Assembly (NCBI GenBank): GCA_013359225.1
Contig: JABWCG010000001.1
Location: forward strand, 360,021-424,020
Origin: Candidatus Buchananbacteria bacterium
GTDB lineage: Bacteria > Patescibacteriota > Patescibacteriia > Buchananbacterales > UBA6539
DNA length: 64,000 nucleotides
Reading direction: 5' to 3'
Positions within the stretch are counted from its first letter, which is position 1, and the number at the start of each line of letters is the position of its first letter. Below are positions 1 through 9,007 of this stretch, in pieces. The notes under the pieces are model-generated. The model saw nothing but the letters and a program-made list of their open reading frames with translations. It had not been told where the DNA came from and did not search any database. Position numbers and translations under genes: made by a program.

Positions 1-13
1 ATGAATACTATTT

Positions 14-40
14 TGTAACTTTTCATCCCATTACGACGTT
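14..40 (+). promoter_or_regulatory. Putative ECF sigma-dependent (autoregulatory) promoter
   Basis: TGTAAC (14-19), 17 bp, CGTT (37-40) directly upstream of the ECF sigma gene; matches the SigW/SigX/SigM-type TGwAAC-N17-CGT pattern. Confidence 0.7.
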
Positions 41-81
41 ATATTCACTGAGAGGTATTAAACAAATTGAAAGGATTAACT

Positions 82-663
82 ATGGAGAACCAAGAGTCTG
101 AGATTATTGGTCGTTGCCAGGCGGGCGATTCCCAAGCCTTTGGCCTGCTCTACGACCGATACGTCAAAAAAATCTACGATTTTATTTATTATAAAACCTG
201 GCACAAAGAAACGGCAGAAGATTTAACCAGCCAAACCTTTTTTAAGGCCTTAAATAAAATTAAAGATTTTAATGTGAATAAAGGCACCTTTCAAGCCTGG
301 ATTTACCAGATTGCCCGAAATACTGTTATTGATCACTACCGTTCCAGCAAGGCCGAATTGGCAATTGAGGATGTCTGGGGATTATCGGACGAGTCCGATA
401 TTGAACGCGATGTTGATACTGCCGCCAAGCTAGCCCAGGTTGAACAATATTTGCAAAAATTAAAACCACAGCAACGAGATATTATTATCTTGCGGTTGTG
501 GGAAAATAAAACATATCAAGAAATCAGCGAAATTACCGGATTAAGCCTAACAAACTGCAAAGTCACTTTTTCCCGCGTGATGTCGAAACTACGGGAAGAC
601 AAAGCCTTAATCGTCCTTTATTTAATAATTCTAAGCGAAAAATTACTATGGCTAACGAGATAA
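82..663 (+). CDS. ECF (sigma-70 group 4) RNA polymerase sigma factor
   Basis: Region 2 motifs (GDSQAFGLLYDRY, AEDLTSQTFFKA, FQAWIYQIARNTVIDHYR) and region 4 HTH; ATG at 82 preceded by SD GAAAGGA (69-75). Confidence 0.93.
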   Translation: MENQESEIIGRCQAGDSQAFGLLYDRYVKKIYDFIYYKTWHKETAEDLTSQTFFKALNKIKDFNVNKGTFQAWIYQIARNTVIDHYRSSKAELAIEDVWGLSDESDIERDVDTAAKLAQVEQYLQKLKPQQRDIIILRLWENKTYQEISEITGLSLTNCKVTFSRVMSKLREDKALIVLYLIILSEKLLWLTR

Positions 664-2234
664 AAACTATTTTGGCCGAACTCTACCAGCTTGATCCGGA
701 ACTTAAAAAGTACGAGCCGGATTTGATTAGAATTGTCAGTGAGATTATCAAGGTAAAGCCAAACACTAAATTTGACAAAAAATTCGCAGCGCAGCTACGT
801 AGTCAGCTGCTAAGCGAAACAAAAACCTCTCAATCTAATTCATTACGCGATTTATTTAATATGAAAAAACTAGCTTACGCGCTCGGTGGGGCGGTATTAG
901 CGGCATTAGTAATGATTCCGCTACTAAAAAACCCTCAAACCGGGCAAATGTTAAACCTTAACGCTCCAACCCCGGAAGTTTTGGACATGTCATTAAAAAT
1001 CAGCCGCCTTGGCAACGAAGCATTTGGCTCGCTTGTTAACCAGACCGTTGATCAGCTTGCCGCCGCTCCGCAGGCGATGGCCGACGGCACCGAGGCGACT
1101 AATGAACGGTCGCAGTCTGGTGGCGGCACCCCCGCTGCGCCGGTACCGATGGGATTTGGTGGCGGTGCGGGCGTTACTGGAGTAAGTATTGACGCCAAAA
1201 TGATTGCGCCAGCAGAAGGGTTTGTCACCTATAAATATGTCTATGCCGGTGATGAACTGACACTAGACGAATCAACTGTTGACGTCTTTAAAAGGGTAAA
1301 AGGCTTAAACAACCAATCTTCATTGAATAGCTTACTGTCCGGTTTTAATCTTGGCTTACTCAACCTCGGTTCATTTGGCCAGTCAACCATTGATAACATT
1401 ACCGTGACTGAAAGCGGACGTTATGGTTACATGATTAATATCCAGGCTAATGAAGGTTTTATCAGCATCAACAAAAACTGGTTAACCTGGCCGCAGGTTA
1501 CCTGTACCGATCCAAACTGTGAAAACTTGCGGATTCGCGAAAGTGATATTCCGGCTGACGACGTGCTCATCAAACTGGCTAATGATTTTATTGCCAAACA
1601 TAACATCAGTCTTGAAGGTTATGGCAGTCCAGAGGTTCAGACCAATTGGCGGCTTGCTTACGAGCAAACTCAAAACAAGTCAGAATATTGGTTCCCAGAT
1701 ACTGTTAATGTCATTTATCCTCTTGAGATCAACGGTCAGCAAGCGTATGAACAGTATGGTACCGATAAAGTCGGCTTGATCGTCAGTATCGACGTTCGCG
1801 AGAAGAAAGTTGCCGGTCTAAGCAACCTTACCAACCAAAATTACCAAAGCTCTTCCTATCAGTCCGAAACTTCCGCTGAAAAAATTCTAGCATTCGCCGA
1901 ACGCGGCGGCATTAATGCCGGCTGGTGGGCTCCAGAAGACAGCAAGGTTGTAGAGGTCACTCTTGGCACCCCAACCAAAGAACTTATCAGATATTACCGC
2001 TACCAGAATAATCAAACTGAAGAACTGCTGATTCCGGCCCTCATTTTCCCGGTTACTAAACGTCCGGACAACAGCGAATACTTCTACGCCCAGAGCGTTG
2101 TCGTACCATTGGTTAGCGAGCTGCTCAACCAGGATAACGGCGGCGGGCCAATCAGAATTATGCCGGCCGGCGAACCTGCTCAAATCAAAGCTGACGAACC
2201 AGCGGCTAATCCCGGAATCCAAGAACTAAAATAA
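648..2234 (+). CDS. Membrane-anchored protein, putative anti-sigma factor with large extracytoplasmic domain
   Basis: Overlaps the sigma stop; ~70 aa cytoplasmic N-terminus, one TM (LAYALGGAVLAALVMIPLL), long extracellular region. Confidence 0.7.
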   Translation: MANEIKTILAELYQLDPELKKYEPDLIRIVSEIIKVKPNTKFDKKFAAQLRSQLLSETKTSQSNSLRDLFNMKKLAYALGGAVLAALVMIPLLKNPQTGQMLNLNAPTPEVLDMSLKISRLGNEAFGSLVNQTVDQLAAAPQAMADGTEATNERSQSGGGTPAAPVPMGFGGGAGVTGVSIDAKMIAPAEGFVTYKYVYAGDELTLDESTVDVFKRVKGLNNQSSLNSLLSGFNLGLLNLGSFGQSTIDNITVTESGRYGYMINIQANEGFISINKNWLTWPQVTCTDPNCENLRIRESDIPADDVLIKLANDFIAKHNISLEGYGSPEVQTNWRLAYEQTQNKSEYWFPDTVNVIYPLEINGQQAYEQYGTDKVGLIVSIDVREKKVAGLSNLTNQNYQSSSYQSETSAEKILAFAERGGINAGWWAPEDSKVVEVTLGTPTKELIRYYRYQNNQTEELLIPALIFPVTKRPDNSEYFYAQSVVVPLVSELLNQDNGGGPIRIMPAGEPAQIKADEPAANPGIQELK

Positions 2235-2245
2235 AAATTAAACTC

Positions 2246-2288
2246 TTACAGCCCGAAAATGCCCACTTGTTTTCGGGCTGTAACTTTT
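2246..2288 (+). terminator. Intrinsic terminator after the sigma/anti-sigma operon
   Basis: 14-bp stem TTACAGCCCGAAAA/TTTTCGGGCTGTAA followed by CTTTT. Confidence 0.75.
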
Positions 2289-2305
2289 CTACTAGTTCTT
2301 GCGTA
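2279..2305 (+). promoter_or_regulatory. Second putative ECF promoter
   Basis: TGTAAC (2279-2284), 17 bp, CGTA (2302-2305); same TGTAACTTTT as the promoter at 14. Confidence 0.6.
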
Positions 2306-2311
2306 TTAATT

Positions 2312-2398
2312 AGTGAAAGGTAACATTTGTTCTTTCCACAACTTTAGTTCTCCAAAACCTCCTTTCAGCCAAAAAGCCCGTTTTTCGGGCCTTTTTGG
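2312..2398 (+). ncRNA. Putative ECF-dependent small RNA (~85 nt) with anti-SD motif
   Basis: Lies between the ECF promoter and a terminator (GCCCG/CGGGC plus U-tract, 2376-2396); 5' hairpin at 2313-2339; ACCTCCTTTC at 2357-2366. Confidence 0.45.
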
Positions 2399-2404
2399 TA
2401 TGAT

Positions 2405-2452
2405 TTGACACGACTACTAGGGTAGTGATATCATTTGAATACTTGCTCAAAT
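2405..2452 (+). promoter_or_regulatory. Sigma-70 promoter with ArsR/SmtB-type operator
   Basis: TTGACA (2405-2410), 18 bp, TGn-TATCAT (2429-2434); inverted repeat ATTTGA-N8-TCAAAT (2433-2452) over the predicted start site. Confidence 0.7.
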
Positions 2453-2467
2453 AATAAATCAATTACA

Positions 2468-2773
2468 ATGCTTAATAATCAGGAGATTCAAAAAAACAAG
2501 AATATTCTAGCCAAAAATGATCGACAGATTAAAAACCGATGTAATCTGCATTATTTGTCGTCAGACCCGACTCGCCTGAAAATCCTGTTATTGCTAAAAA
2601 AACACGAAGAGCTTTGTGTTAGCGATTTGGCAAAAATAATTAATGTTACTGTCAGTGCGGTTTCACATCAGTTAAAATTGCTGGAAAATTGCGGCATTGT
2701 CAAAGGATCAAAAACGGGAAAGACAGTCTGCTACTGTCTGACAGACAAAAACCTTGAACTCATTATTGAATAA
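2468..2773 (+). CDS. ArsR/SmtB family metal-responsive transcriptional repressor
   Basis: SDPTRLKIL, ELCVSDLA, SAVSHQLKLL winged-HTH motifs; ATG at 2468 lies downstream of the promoter. Confidence 0.9.
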   Translation: MLNNQEIQKNKNILAKNDRQIKNRCNLHYLSSDPTRLKILLLLKKHEELCVSDLAKIINVTVSAVSHQLKLLENCGIVKGSKTGKTVCYCLTDKNLELIIE

Positions 2774-2800
2774 AAATAATTTTAAAGAAAGGAAAAACAT

Positions 2801-2914
2801 ATGTGCGATCATTGCTCTTGCGGCCATAATCATGACCACAAAAAAACTACCAAAGCCGAAAATCAGGCTGAGACTACCAAGCAGCAACATGAAAACTGTG
2901 CCTGCTGTTCATAA
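2801..2914 (+). CDS. Metallothionein-like Cys/His-rich peptide (37 aa)
   Basis: MCDHCSCGHNHDHKKTTKAENQAETTKQQHENCACCS; SD GAAAGGA at 2787-2793; fills the gap between arsR and the glutaredoxin gene. Confidence 0.8.
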   Translation: MCDHCSCGHNHDHKKTTKAENQAETTKQQHENCACCS

Positions 2915-2928
2915 ATTAGTGAATAAAT

Positions 2929-3177
2929 ATGATCAACCTAACAATTTACACCACTCCGACTTGCGTCTACTGCAAAATGGCAAAGGAGTTTTTTACCAGT
3001 AATAACATCAACTATCAGGAAATCAATGTTGCTGCTGATCAGGCGGCAGCCCGGACCATGGTTCAAAAATCCGGCCAGCTCGGCGTTCCGGTTATTACCG
3101 TAGAAAAAGATGGCAAAGAGGAAATTATTATTGGATTTGACCGGCCACGACTCTCCCAGTTGTTGGACATCAAATAA
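2929..3177 (+). CDS. Glutaredoxin-like protein (NrdH-redoxin/YruB type)
   Basis: YTTPTCVYC active site, SGQLGVPVI, IIGFD. Confidence 0.92.
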   Translation: MINLTIYTTPTCVYCKMAKEFFTSNNINYQEINVAADQAAARTMVQKSGQLGVPVITVEKDGKEEIIIGFDRPRLSQLLDIK

Positions 3178-3203
3178 AAAATAATCAATGAAAGGAGTAC
3201 ATT

Positions 3204-3821
3204 ATGAACAATAGCGGATACAAACTGCCTGCATTACCATACAGTTATGATGCGTTGGAACCATTTATCGACCAGCAAACAATGCAGCTGCATCACGACA
3301 AACATCACCAAACGTATGTTGACAAGCTCAACGCGGCGCTAACCGGACATGAAGAACTTAAAATGAAATCTCCCGAAGAGTTAATCAGTAATTTGGAATC
3401 ACTACCAGCTGAAATCAAAACCGCTGTTCAAAATCATGGCGGGGGACACATTAACCATTCGCTGTTTTGGAATATTCTTAAAAAAGATACTGCTATCACC
3501 GGCGAAATTAAAGAAGCCATCACTACCCAATTCGGCAGTTTTGATGCTTTTAAAGAACAATTCAGTAAAGCTGCCCTCAACCAATTCGGTAGCGGCTGGG
3601 CCTGGCTTGTTGTTAATCAGGCCGGAGCACTTGAAATAACTGCTACTGCCAACCAAAACTCGCCACTGTCAGATGGCAAAATGCCAATTCTGGCACTTGA
3701 TATCTGGGAACATGCCTATTATCTCAAATATCAAAACAAGCGTCCGGATTATATTGAAGCCTTCTTTAATATTATCAACTGGGACGAAGTCAATAATAAC
3801 TATCGCGCCGCCAAGAAATAA
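3204..3821 (+). CDS. sodA: Mn/Fe superoxide dismutase
   Basis: [40 protein letters not shown]. Confidence 0.96.
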   Translation: MNNSGYKLPALPYSYDALEPFIDQQTMQLHHDKHHQTYVDKLNAALTGHEELKMKSPEELISNLESLPAEIKTAVQNHGGGHINHSLFWNILKKDTAITGEIKEAITTQFGSFDAFKEQFSKAALNQFGSGWAWLVVNQAGALEITATANQNSPLSDGKMPILALDIWEHAYYLKYQNKRPDYIEAFFNIINWDEVNNNYRAAKK

Positions 3822-3830
3822 ATAACTTCT

Positions 3831-5471
3831 ATGAAAGCTTCTGACCTACTCGTTCAAGCGCTCGAAAATGAGGGAGTAACCCATATTTTTGGCGTTCCAG
3901 GTGAAGAAAATTTGGATTTGATTGATTCCCTGAGAGATTCAAAAATCAAATTGATTGTCACTCGCCACGAACAAGCCGCCGGTTTTATGGCCGCCACCGT
4001 CGGCCGGCTGACTGGCGTACCCGGCGTTGCACTTTCAACGCTTGGACCGGGTGCCACAAATTTAATTACTGCGGCAGCGTACGCCAATCTTGGCGGCATG
4101 CCGTTGTTTCTATTGACTGGACAAAAACCGGTTAAACGTAGTAAGCAGGGAAAATTTCAAATGATTGATACGGTACAAATTATGAAACCGGTTACCAAAT
4201 TTTCCAAACAGATCGTCTATAGTGAAAGCATCCCTGCGCTGGTTCGCGAAGCATTCAAAAAAGCCGAGAGCGAGCGACCGGGTGCGGTCCACCTGGAATT
4301 GCCCGAAGATGTTGCCGCTGAAAAGGTGACCGAAAAACTTTTCGCAGTCACCCAAGTCCGACGGCCCGTCGCCGACAGCAAGGCAATCAGCCTCGCTGTT
4401 GAAATGATCAAGTCAGCAAAACTACCACTGTTGGTTATTGGCGCCGCTGCCAACCGTAAACAGACTGCTAAAATGCTCCAAGAATTCATAGACAAAACCG
4501 GCATTTACTTTATTGACACCCAAATGGGCAAAGGAGTAATCGATGAACGCCACGAAAAATATCTGGGCACAGCCGCACTATCGGCCAACGATTATGTTCA
4601 CTGTGCGCTTGATCGGGCCGATCTGATTATCAACGTCGGCCACGATATCATTGAAAAGCCGCCGTTTATTATGGCCCCGGATAAAAAACAAAAAGTCATA
4701 CATATCAATTTTTTTCCGGCGGAAATCGATCAAATTTATTTCCCGCAACTTGAGGTGGTTGGAGATATTGCCAACGCCGTTTGGCAAATAAAAGAGCAGC
4801 TCCCGTCGATTAATTGGAATTTTGATTACTACCAAAAAGTCAAAACTCTGTGCGCCGAACAAATGAAAATTGCATCAGAACAGAAGAATTTTCCGTTAAG
4901 TCCTCAATCGATCGTCGAACAAATCCGTCAGGCTATGCCCGACGATGGTATCGTGGCGCTTGATAACGGAATGTATAAAGTGTGGTTTGCCCGGCAGTAC
5001 CAAACATATCAACCAAATACCTTACTGCTTGATAACGCCCTTGCCACAATGGGGGCTGGACTGCCATCGGCAATCGCCGCAAAAATTGTACATCCAAGAA
5101 AAAAGGTGTTAGCCGTTGTTGGCGACGGTGGTTTTATGATGAATTCTCAAGAATTAGAAACAGCTGTCCGGCTGGGACTTAATATAACGATTGTTATTAT
5201 TAACGACAACGGGTTTGGAATGATAAAATGGAAACAACAGGCGATGAAATTTCAAGATTTTGGCTTGAGCTACCATAATCCCGATTTTGTTGCCTATGCT
5301 CAAAGCTACGGTGCCAGCGGTCACCGAATTGAAAACAACCACTCATTAAAAAATACCATTGATCAATGCCTTAATACTCCAGGCGTTCACGTTATTGAAG
5401 TGCCGGTTGATTACTCGTATAACCACAAAATTCTAACCGAAGAATTAGCTAAAAAAACCTGTAATCTATAA
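3831..5471 (+). CDS. TPP-dependent acetolactate synthase-like enzyme (possibly 2-oxoacid/2-oxoglutarate decarboxylase)
   Basis: FGVPGEENL, RHEQAAGFMA, LGPGATN, TPP motif GDGGFMMN...NDNGFG; no small regulatory subunit or ilvC nearby. Confidence 0.85.
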   Translation: MKASDLLVQALENEGVTHIFGVPGEENLDLIDSLRDSKIKLIVTRHEQAAGFMAATVGRLTGVPGVALSTLGPGATNLITAAAYANLGGMPLFLLTGQKPVKRSKQGKFQMIDTVQIMKPVTKFSKQIVYSESIPALVREAFKKAESERPGAVHLELPEDVAAEKVTEKLFAVTQVRRPVADSKAISLAVEMIKSAKLPLLVIGAAANRKQTAKMLQEFIDKTGIYFIDTQMGKGVIDERHEKYLGTAALSANDYVHCALDRADLIINVGHDIIEKPPFIMAPDKKQKVIHINFFPAEIDQIYFPQLEVVGDIANAVWQIKEQLPSINWNFDYYQKVKTLCAEQMKIASEQKNFPLSPQSIVEQIRQAMPDDGIVALDNGMYKVWFARQYQTYQPNTLLLDNALATMGAGLPSAIAAKIVHPRKKVLAVVGDGGFMMNSQELETAVRLGLNITIVIINDNGFGMIKWKQQAMKFQDFGLSYHNPDFVAYAQSYGASGHRIENNHSLKNTIDQCLNTPGVHVIEVPVDYSYNHKILTEELAKKTCNL

Positions 5472-5475
5472 TTAT

Positions 5476-6840
5476 ATGGCTCTACAATCAATTAACCCGG
5501 CTACAGAAGAAATTTTTTCCAAAACCGAAGAATTAACCAATGAACAGATTAAAGAAAAAATTACTTTGGCGGATCATACTTTTGCCAAATGGAGGACCAC
5601 AACATTTGAAGACCGGGCAAAATTAATTAATGAGGTAGCTAAAATTTTAAGATCCGAAGCCCAGACGATTGGCGAAATTATGACCAAAGAAATGGGCAAA
5701 CCTATCAAACAAGCCATAGCCGAAGTCGAAAAGTGTGCTTGGGTTTGCGAATATTATGCTAAAGAAGCACCTAAATTTTTAACTCCGGAAAAAATTACCA
5801 CCGATGCCAGCGAAAGTCTGGTTCGATACGATCCGATCGGTATTGTGCTTGCAATTATGCCATGGAATTTCCCGTTTTGGCAGGTTATTCGTTTTGCCGC
5901 CCCGGCTCTTATGGCCGGAAATGTCGGACTGCTCAAGCATGCCTCCAATGTTCAGCTGGCGGCTAAAAAAATTGAAGAAATTTTTTTGCGTGCCGGCATT
6001 CCGGTTGGGGTATTTCAAAATCTTGCCATTAGTTCCGGAAAGGTTGAAACAATCATTCGCGATCCAAGGGTTAAGGCGGTCACTTTAACCGGCAGTGAAC
6101 ATGCTGGCGCTAAAGTTGCAGCTTTGGCCGCTTCAGAAATTAAAAAGTCTGTCTTAGAACTTGGGGGCAGCGATCCCTTTATCGTCCTGGAAGATGCGGA
6201 CATAGCAAATGCCTGTTCAGTCGCCGTTACCGCCCGCAATATCAATAACGGACAAAGCTGCATCGCCGCTAAACGGTTCATTGTGGTTTCAAGCGTTGCT
6301 GAAGAATTCAAAAAATTATTTAAAGAAAAGTTCGAAGCGTTAAAAATTGGCGACCCAATGGCTGAAACAACCGATATCGGCCCGGTTGTCAACAAGCAGG
6401 CTCTGGAAGAACTAGAAAATCAAATCAAAAAATCAGTTGCCGCCGGCGCCAAAATTCTAACTGGCGGAAAGCGGGTAGGAAACACCGGCTACTTCTTACA
6501 GCCAACCATTCTGACTGAGGTCGCACCGGGCATGCCAGCCTACCACGAAGAATTTTTTGGACCGGTTGCATCAGTTATTGTCGTTAAAGACGAGGCTGAA
6601 GCCGTTCAGGTTGCAAACGATACCCATTTTGGTTTAGGTGCCTCAATCTGGACAAGTAACATCAGCCGTGCCAAACAGCTTATTCCGCAAATTGACGCCG
6701 GCGCTGTCTTTGTTAACGGTCTGGTAAAATCCGATCCACGCTTGCCATTTGGCGGTGAAAAGCGTTCTGGTTTTGGTCGTGAATTATCACACCACGGCAT
6801 CAAAGAATTTGTTAATATAAAATCGGTCTGGATTAAATAA
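5476..6840 (+). CDS. NAD(P)-dependent succinate-semialdehyde dehydrogenase-like aldehyde dehydrogenase
   Basis: IMPWNFPFWQ, LKHAS, TGSE, LELGGSD, GQSCIAAKR, EEFFGP, PFGGEKRSGFGRE. Confidence 0.9.
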   Translation: MALQSINPATEEIFSKTEELTNEQIKEKITLADHTFAKWRTTTFEDRAKLINEVAKILRSEAQTIGEIMTKEMGKPIKQAIAEVEKCAWVCEYYAKEAPKFLTPEKITTDASESLVRYDPIGIVLAIMPWNFPFWQVIRFAAPALMAGNVGLLKHASNVQLAAKKIEEIFLRAGIPVGVFQNLAISSGKVETIIRDPRVKAVTLTGSEHAGAKVAALAASEIKKSVLELGGSDPFIVLEDADIANACSVAVTARNINNGQSCIAAKRFIVVSSVAEEFKKLFKEKFEALKIGDPMAETTDIGPVVNKQALEELENQIKKSVAAGAKILTGGKRVGNTGYFLQPTILTEVAPGMPAYHEEFFGPVASVIVVKDEAEAVQVANDTHFGLGASIWTSNISRAKQLIPQIDAGAVFVNGLVKSDPRLPFGGEKRSGFGRELSHHGIKEFVNIKSVWIK

Positions 6841-6857
6841 TAAAACAGCCAAAAAAT

Positions 6858-7325
6858 ATGAAACTAAAAATTGGCCAAAAGGCTCCAGCTTTCTTATTGC
6901 CGGATCAAAATGGCACACTTCATAAACTTAGCCAATACGCCGGCGGCTGGCTACTGATCTATTTTTATCCCAAAGACGACACTCCCGGCTGTACTAAAGA
7001 AGCCTGCACCATTAAAGATAATTTTCCGGCATTTGGTGAGTTAAAAGCAAATGTGGTTGGCATCAGCGCCGATTCAGTCGCCAGCCATAAAAAATTTGCC
7101 GTTAAATATAAACTACCGTTTACCATTCTATCTGATGAAGAGAAAAAAATTATTACAGCTTATGGCGTCTACGGCAAAAAAAGTTTTATGGGAAAAACCT
7201 TTATGGGCATTAAAAGAACTTCATTTCTTATTGATCCTAAAGGCACAATCGTCAAAATTTATGAAAATGTCAAACCGCCACTTCATGCCAAAGAGGTAAT
7301 TGACGACCTTAAAGCCTTAAGCTAA
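6858..7325 (+). CDS. bcp: Peroxiredoxin (Bcp/PrxQ)
   Basis: YFYPKDDTPGCTKEAC motif. Confidence 0.95.
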   Translation: MKLKIGQKAPAFLLPDQNGTLHKLSQYAGGWLLIYFYPKDDTPGCTKEACTIKDNFPAFGELKANVVGISADSVASHKKFAVKYKLPFTILSDEEKKIITAYGVYGKKSFMGKTFMGIKRTSFLIDPKGTIVKIYENVKPPLHAKEVIDDLKALS

Positions 7326-7335
7326 AAATTTGCCA

Positions 7336-7369
7336 AATAATCCGCGCCGGTATTGTCGCGGATTATTTT
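7336..7369 (+). terminator. Intrinsic terminator ending the stress operon
   Basis: AAATAATCCGCG...CGCGGATTATTT stem followed by a T-rich tract. Confidence 0.7.
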
Positions 7370-7404
7370 TATTTAATTTTTTGGTATAATGAAATAACTG
7401 CCCT

Positions 7405-8940
7405 ATGATTGAAAAATTATTCAATAAATTTAGAAGAATAGTTGACTTGATTGAGAACTCCAATATCCATCTAGGGTATTTTATTTTTACCTTTTTATCA
7501 ATCATCACTATAAGAAATTTTTTAGAGCTCTTCTCTACCAAAATAGAGCTTAATACGGCTGTAGTTTTTTTTCATTTCTATATAGGATTTATTTCACTTG
7601 CCACACTATTAATTTTAACTTTTTATATTTTAACAAGAGAATCAATTGTTAAAAGTATTAAAATAGTTTTGATTGGTTTTTCGATCCTGCCACTACCACC
7701 AATAATAGATTTAATTGCTACCGGAGGGAGGGGATTCGCCATGACCTATCTGTTACCAGAATTTCATGATCATATCATATTGCGATTTTTTACATTTTTT
7801 GGACATTTTGAAGAACGGGGAGTGTCCTTAGGTATTAAAACTGAAATCTTTATTATTCTGGTGTTAACTTTTTTGTACTTTTTGGCAAAAAAACATGGCG
7901 TCTTTAGAAGTATCGCCAACGCCTTCATAGTTTATATCATAATTTTTGGTTTTTTTGCGATTCCTTTCATCTTAAAAGGAATTTTTCTATTGCTAGGCAT
8001 CAACTATGACTACTCCGTCGATGCATGGGAAATATTATCTTTCTTATTCCTGATGATGTTTTTCTGCGGAATAATTATTTTATATTTAATAGACAAAAAA
8101 AACTTTATCACTATTGCAAAAGATGCCAGATATTTGCGACTCTCATACTATTTAGGAATGTTTTTCTGCGGAATAATTGTGGCAAAATCAACGGCAACAC
8201 TTCCCATAACGGCGCAGAATTTATTTGACTTTTTATTCACTGCCATGGCAATAACCGCCGCCTGGTTGTTTTCAGTAACCACTAATAATATCGCTGATTA
8301 TCATATTGACAAAATTTCAAACAAAAATCGACCGCTAGTTCGCCGCACAATCGCTATTGAAGATTACAAAAAAATTTCCACCCTACTTTTAGTCTGGGCA
8401 ATAATATGTTCAACTGCCGTTGGACCGGACACCCTATTTCTAGTTATTTTATTTATTTCTAGTTATTTTATTTATTCCATGCCACCAATTAGGCTGAAGC
8501 GGGTTATAGTTTTATCAAAGCTGATAATTGCGTTAAATTCCTTAGTGCTGGTTTTATTAGGTTTTTTCACTATCACCAAAACTATCAAGAGTTTCCCGGG
8601 CATCTTATTTCCGACATTGCTTATTGGTATAACCATATTAGCTAATTTTATTGATATCAAAGATTACGAAGGGGATAGAAAGAATAACATTAAAACCCTA
8701 CCAACCGTCCTAGGATTAAAATTAACAAAAATAATCATTGGATTCTCCTTCGTATTTTTCTACACCATATTATATGTATTACTACCGTATTATAATTTAG
8801 GAAATTTTTGGAATTTTTTATTCATACCACTCGGATTGCTACAATTTTATTTTGTCAATCAAAAAAAATACCAAGACAGTTATATTATCGGAACCTGCGT
8901 TATAACGGTCTTCTTGTTTGCAATTTTAAATATCTTCTAA
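7405..8940 (+). CDS. UbiA-family prenyltransferase with N-terminal multi-TM extension
   Basis: Asp-rich motifs NNIADYHIDKISNKNRPL and DIKDYEGD...KTLP in the C-terminal half. Confidence 0.8.
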   Translation: MIEKLFNKFRRIVDLIENSNIHLGYFIFTFLSIITIRNFLELFSTKIELNTAVVFFHFYIGFISLATLLILTFYILTRESIVKSIKIVLIGFSILPLPPIIDLIATGGRGFAMTYLLPEFHDHIILRFFTFFGHFEERGVSLGIKTEIFIILVLTFLYFLAKKHGVFRSIANAFIVYIIIFGFFAIPFILKGIFLLLGINYDYSVDAWEILSFLFLMMFFCGIIILYLIDKKNFITIAKDARYLRLSYYLGMFFCGIIVAKSTATLPITAQNLFDFLFTAMAITAAWLFSVTTNNIADYHIDKISNKNRPLVRRTIAIEDYKKISTLLLVWAIICSTAVGPDTLFLVILFISSYFIYSMPPIRLKRVIVLSKLIIALNSLVLVLLGFFTITKTIKSFPGILFPTLLIGITILANFIDIKDYEGDRKNNIKTLPTVLGLKLTKIIIGFSFVFFYTILYVLLPYYNLGNFWNFLFIPLGLLQFYFVNQKKYQDSYIIGTCVITVFLFAILNIF

Positions 8941-9007
8941 GCGCAAAAAATATAAATCAAGGGCTGGCAGCCTTTTTTTATTGCTAATTTTTCAGTATAA
9001 TATATTC

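Noticed and set aside
2754-3002. 82-aa + strand ORF from the track
   Set aside because: Overlaps arsR and grx; the SD-led Cys/His peptide in another frame fits the gap exactly.
3831-5471. ilvB/branched-chain amino acid operon
   Set aside because: No ilvN/ilvC/ilvD nearby; context favours a catabolic decarboxylase, so no gene symbol was assigned.
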